37,619 nucleotides of DNA from a virus. Taxonomy: Duplodnaviria; Caudoviricetes. Below, piece by piece: positions 34,904 through 37,619 of this stretch. The DNA lies in the IMG/VR virus record IMGVR_UViG_3300016484_000913, positions 1 to 37,619 of that record; one strand, given 5' to 3'. Made by a program: the position numbers and the translations under genes. Numbering within the stretch: the first letter of the stretch is position 1; every line of letters starts with the position of its first letter. The notes beneath the pieces were generated by a model. The model had not been told where the DNA came from, searched no databases, and worked only from the letters and a program-made list of their open reading frames with translations.

Positions 34904-35856
34904 TCAGCAGCCTCTCGCTGTGAATCCCGGTCCCATCTCTTGAGCATCTCAACCAGCGTGGTGCGATGGAGCCCGAGCATTCGAGCAGCCTTGGCCTTTT
35001 CCCCGCCAGCGATCACCAGCGCACGCCGCACGCAGTCGCGCTCCAGACTGGAGAGCATAGGACGGAGATTCACAGGGAGCGTCACCAACGTCTGAGCACC
35101 ATAAACGTCTTCCTCGGGTAGATCGGAACGGCCGATCTGGCCTTCGGCGCGAGTGATGACGGCGGACTCGATGACGTTTCGGAGTTGGCGGATGTTGCCG
35201 GGCCAGCACCTGCCCCGCAGATCTTCCAGCGCGCGGTCACTGATGCCTGTGACTTTGCGGCCGTGGAGACTGTTGAGTTCTTCGAGAAACTGCCGCGCTA
35301 GGTCATCGATATCCTCGGCGCGAGCTCGCAACGGCGGCACCGTCACTACATACGCGCTGATGCGATGGTACAGGTCGAGGCGGAATCGACCGTCGGCTGC
35401 CAGCGCAGGAAGGTCCCCGTGCGTCGCGCAGATGACCCGGACGTCGATGCGACGAGGCTGGGCGCTCCCTACGCGGGTCACTGTCCTGGATTCCAGAATG
35501 CGCAGTAACTTGGCCTGCTGCGACAGCGGCATGTCGCCGATCTCGTCTAGGAAAATGGTCCCGCCGTGCGCCACCTCAAACGCTCCACATCTTGCGGACG
35601 TGGCCCCCGTGAATGCGCCGCGCTCGTGCCCAAAGAGCTCGCTCTCAAGTAACGGCTCGGGGATGGCAGCACAGCTGACCGGCACGAATGGAAGGTTCGA
35701 GCGGGGACTGGCGGAGTGAATCGCGCGTGCGAGGACATCCTTCCCAGTACCGGTCTCACCTCGCAGCAGCACCGAGCAAGACGTGTCCGCCACGCGGTTG
35801 GCCGCGGTCAAAGCGGACATCATGGCCACGGACCGACTGACGATCCCGAGGGTCAC
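34900..35856 (-). CDS. Sigma54-dependent enhancer-binding protein (AAA+ plus Fis HTH) lacking an N-terminal sensory domain
   Basis: GETGTGKD, ESELFGHERGAFTGA, FLDEIGDM, FRLDLYHRI, WPGNIRQL, AARMLGLHRTTL. Confidence 0.96.
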   Translation of the reverse strand: MTLGIVSRSVAMMSALTAANRVADTSCSVLLRGETGTGKDVLARAIHSASPRSNLPFVPVSCAAIPEPLLESELFGHERGAFTGATSARCGAFEVAHGGTIFLDEIGDMPLSQQAKLLRILESRTVTRVGSAQPRRIDVRVICATHGDLPALAADGRFRLDLYHRISAYVVTVPPLRARAEDIDDLARQFLEELNSLHGRKVTGISDRALEDLRGRCWPGNIRQLRNVIESAVITRAEGQIGRSDLPEEDVYGAQTLVTLPVNLRPMLSSLERDCVRRALVIAGGEKAKAARMLGLHRTTLVEMLKRWDRDSQREAAE

Positions 35857-35859
35857 GGT

Positions 35860-36045
35860 TCACCCCTCCATGACAGGTTCGTTCGTGCTCGGCATGCGGT
35901 TCACCTCGTGGAGCCCGACACGCACGCAGCGCTGCACGACCCAAGAGATGGACCGGTCGAGCCGTGCCGCCTCGCGGTGGATCTCGGTGATCATCGCGTC
36001 GGGGAAATACAGGCTCTGCTTACGTCGATCTTTGCCGTCTGACAT
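35860..36045 (-). CDS. TIGR04563-like (MXAN_4361/4362 family) small ribbon-helix-helix-like protein
   Basis: ATG 36045 with GGAGG; RKQSLYFP..M..EI..EA.RLDRS.SW.VQ signature. Confidence 0.88.
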   Translation of the reverse strand: MSDGKDRRKQSLYFPDAMITEIHREAARLDRSISWVVQRCVRVGLHEVNRMPSTNEPVMEG

Positions 36046-36083
36046 CTTGCCTCCCAAAGACCGCGCCAGTGCGGTCTGAAACG

Positions 36084-36599
36084 TCAATGCTTGCCGCGGA
36101 CCGCATCGCGCAGGCCGCGCTGAATCGCAGCCATATCCGAGTCCGTGACATGCGGCGGCAACTCCTCGCTGTACGGCTGCCCGCGATGCCGCAGCGCCGT
36201 CTTGGAGATGTGCCGGTGCGTCACGACATCCCCGTCTTCGTCCAATGCAATAAGCTCGTGGGTCGCGACCAACCGGCCGCTCGCGCACAGCTGACAGCTG
36301 CACTCGACCACCGTCCACTCCTTGACGGCCTCGGCGGCCACCAACCTGTCAGCGCCGTGCATCGCGTAGAGCGCGCGCGCCGTCATGACCACGCGGTCAC
36401 CTGGCCGGAACTCACGCGACGGCTTGTAGCCGCAATCCTGCTCGTCGCACCAGCGCGCGTGGTCCGCGTTTGCGATGGACTTGAGCAGCGCCCCGCCGTC
36501 CATCACCCGCTCGATCAGCGGCTCGATTGCTCGCTGGTACTCTGCCAGGCCGTTGTCGTTGGCTGGCTCTCTGTCCCGTCGCTTGCCGCCGTCCGCCAC
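36084..36599 (-). CDS. Hypothetical Cys-containing protein
   Basis: 171-aa ORF with HxxxCxxxxC and CxCxxC; co-oriented with the operon. Confidence 0.7.
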   Translation of the reverse strand: MADGGKRRDREPANDNGLAEYQRAIEPLIERVMDGGALLKSIANADHARWCDEQDCGYKPSREFRPGDRVVMTARALYAMHGADRLVAAEAVKEWTVVECSCQLCASGRLVATHELIALDEDGDVVTHRHISKTALRHRGQPYSEELPPHVTDSDMAAIQRGLRDAVRGKH

Positions 36600-36735
36600 G
36601 TCTCACCCTGACCGTGCACGCGGATACTCCGGCACCAACGGTCACTAGTGAGACTCGCGTACGTCGCAATGGACGCGCAATCTATTTCAGGCGACCGCGT
36701 TCGTTATTGTACGGGTGTCGGTTACAGGTGGGAGC

Positions 36736-37431
36736 TTAGCTCCCATGCACAACGTCGCGACGTACTGACCAGCCGTGGATGCGCAGCGGATTCCAGTTCC
36801 CGGCTTTGCCGTCCGGTATGACGAGTTCGGTGTCGAACGTACCGGACCAGGTCTCAGGCTTGCCGTTCGCGCGCCCATCCGGGTACCGATGCTGCTCGGT
36901 CCAGCGCAGCCAGTAGCGGCCTGGGAGCTTGTCCTCGGGCTTGTCCCAAGCCGTGACTGTCACCTCGACGCTCTCACGTGCCATGCGGTCCTGGATCTGC
37001 TTAGCCGACCCGAACTCCGTCGCCTGGTGTTCGACGAGTTTGGTAGCGCCGGCATCGACGAAGACCGGGAACGTATCCACCCAGCACTTGGTTACCAGTT
37101 TCGTGACGGTCTCCAGGCCGCGGATGCACTTGACGACGTCGGTCAGGCGGCTGACGACGATGCCATCCACCTTGGTGATCTCAAGCTCTGACATCGGCGC
37201 AGCGTGCAGACGTCGACCATCCTCGTCGAGCACCTGCGGTTCGCACTTCGCCGCATCGATCTTTGCTGCGATGATTTGACGCTTAGCGTCCCACGACTCG
37301 TAATAGCCAAAGCTGGCGCCAATCAGACCCAAGACAACCCACGTCCGTTCACGGAATCCGGCCATGCGCACCATTTGATTGACCTGGTTTCGCGCTCGCT
37401 GGTATCGGTCTTCTGCGTTCATGTATCCCAC
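36736..37431 (-). CDS. VirB8/TrbF-like type IV secretion protein
   Basis: YQRAR N-terminus, single TM, V..IR......V...W, W.E.....G.....W.G, P....NPL motifs; start may be ATG 37422. Confidence 0.75.
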   Translation of the reverse strand: MGYMNAEDRYQRARNQVNQMVRMAGFRERTWVVLGLIGASFGYYESWDAKRQIIAAKIDAAKCEPQVLDEDGRRLHAAPMSELEITKVDGIVVSRLTDVVKCIRGLETVTKLVTKCWVDTFPVFVDAGATKLVEHQATEFGSAKQIQDRMARESVEVTVTAWDKPEDKLPGRYWLRWTEQHRYPDGRANGKPETWSGTFDTELVIPDGKAGNWNPLRIHGWSVRRDVVHGS

Positions 37432-37443
37432 CTAACAGTCTGA

Positions 37444-37459
37444 TGTTTCACGTGACACT
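37444..37459. promoter_or_regulatory. parS-like palindrome TGTTTCACGTGACACT
   Basis: 14/16 match to TGTTTCACGTGAAACA, essentially intergenic. Confidence 0.45.
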
Positions 37460-37619
37460 ACCGCGACTTCGCTGCGCCCTGCCAAGCACGGGTGAAGTTG
37501 CCGACCTTGCCGCCGATCATGATGCCGATGAAGACCACGCCGCCGCTGAGCACGGCGATCAGCCCTGACGCCATCATGACGTTCATGGCCATGCCCAGCG
37601 TCATCTCCTTGCCGGCATC
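37458..37619 (-). CDS. C-terminus of a membrane protein (possibly VirB6/TrbL-like), partial
   Basis: Manual translation DAGKEMTLGMAMNVMMASGLIAVLSGGVVFIGIMIGGKVGNFTRAWQGAAKSR*; upstream of the TrbF-like gene. Confidence 0.55.
   Translation of the reverse strand, partial: DAGKEMTLGMAMNVMMASGLIAVLSGGVVFIGIMIGGKVGNFTRAWQGAAKSR

Larger units (their letters stand above)
1..36599 (-). mobile_element. Phage/prophage late region (myovirus-type contractile tail, Mu-like head genes), probably Myxococcota host; ends not in window
   Basis: Colinear terminase-portal-MuF-protease-capsid-neck-sheath-tube-TMP-baseplate-lysis-fibre genes on one strand, many with ATGA/TGATG overlaps. No integrase or att site seen. 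Confidence 0.95.

Noticed and set aside
1-37619. CRISPR arrays, tRNA or rRNA genes, integrase or transposase
   Set aside because: None recognised by eye; short RNA genes could be missed without a covariance search.

Overview
GC-rich window that is almost entirely the late (virion and lysis) region of a contractile-tailed, Mu-like-head phage or prophage, read on the minus strand from right to left. The order is: regulators (a TIGR04563-like myxobacterial small protein, a sigma54 enhancer-binding AAA+ protein with no sensory domain, an HTH protein), terS/terL, DUF935-type portal, MuF head protein, ClpP-type protease-scaffold, major capsid, neck, sheath, tube, chaperone with a -1 frameshift, tape measure, baseplate, lysis genes and three tandem DUF2793-anchored fibre genes. 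A Myxococcota host is inferred. Most striking: the portal and the MuF protein each end in the same paralogous ~310-aa HExxH zincin-like domain, preceded by a PAGSSKGGQ(W/F) motif. Each is met tail-to-tail, with an identical 7-nt overlap of the stop codons, by a paralogous ~97-99-aa gene on the opposite strand with an apparent leaderless promoter. This looks like a duplicated virion-delivered effector/antisense-immunity module. An A9 slippery run lies just before the portal effector domain, and an Acb2/Tad1-like anti-defence gene sits between the two modules. Other notable items are antisense moron clusters with shared leaders, a degenerate NlpC/P60-like lysis gene, and a TrbF/VirB8-like T4SS gene plus a parS-like site at the right edge. 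All family calls are by motif recognition, not database search.
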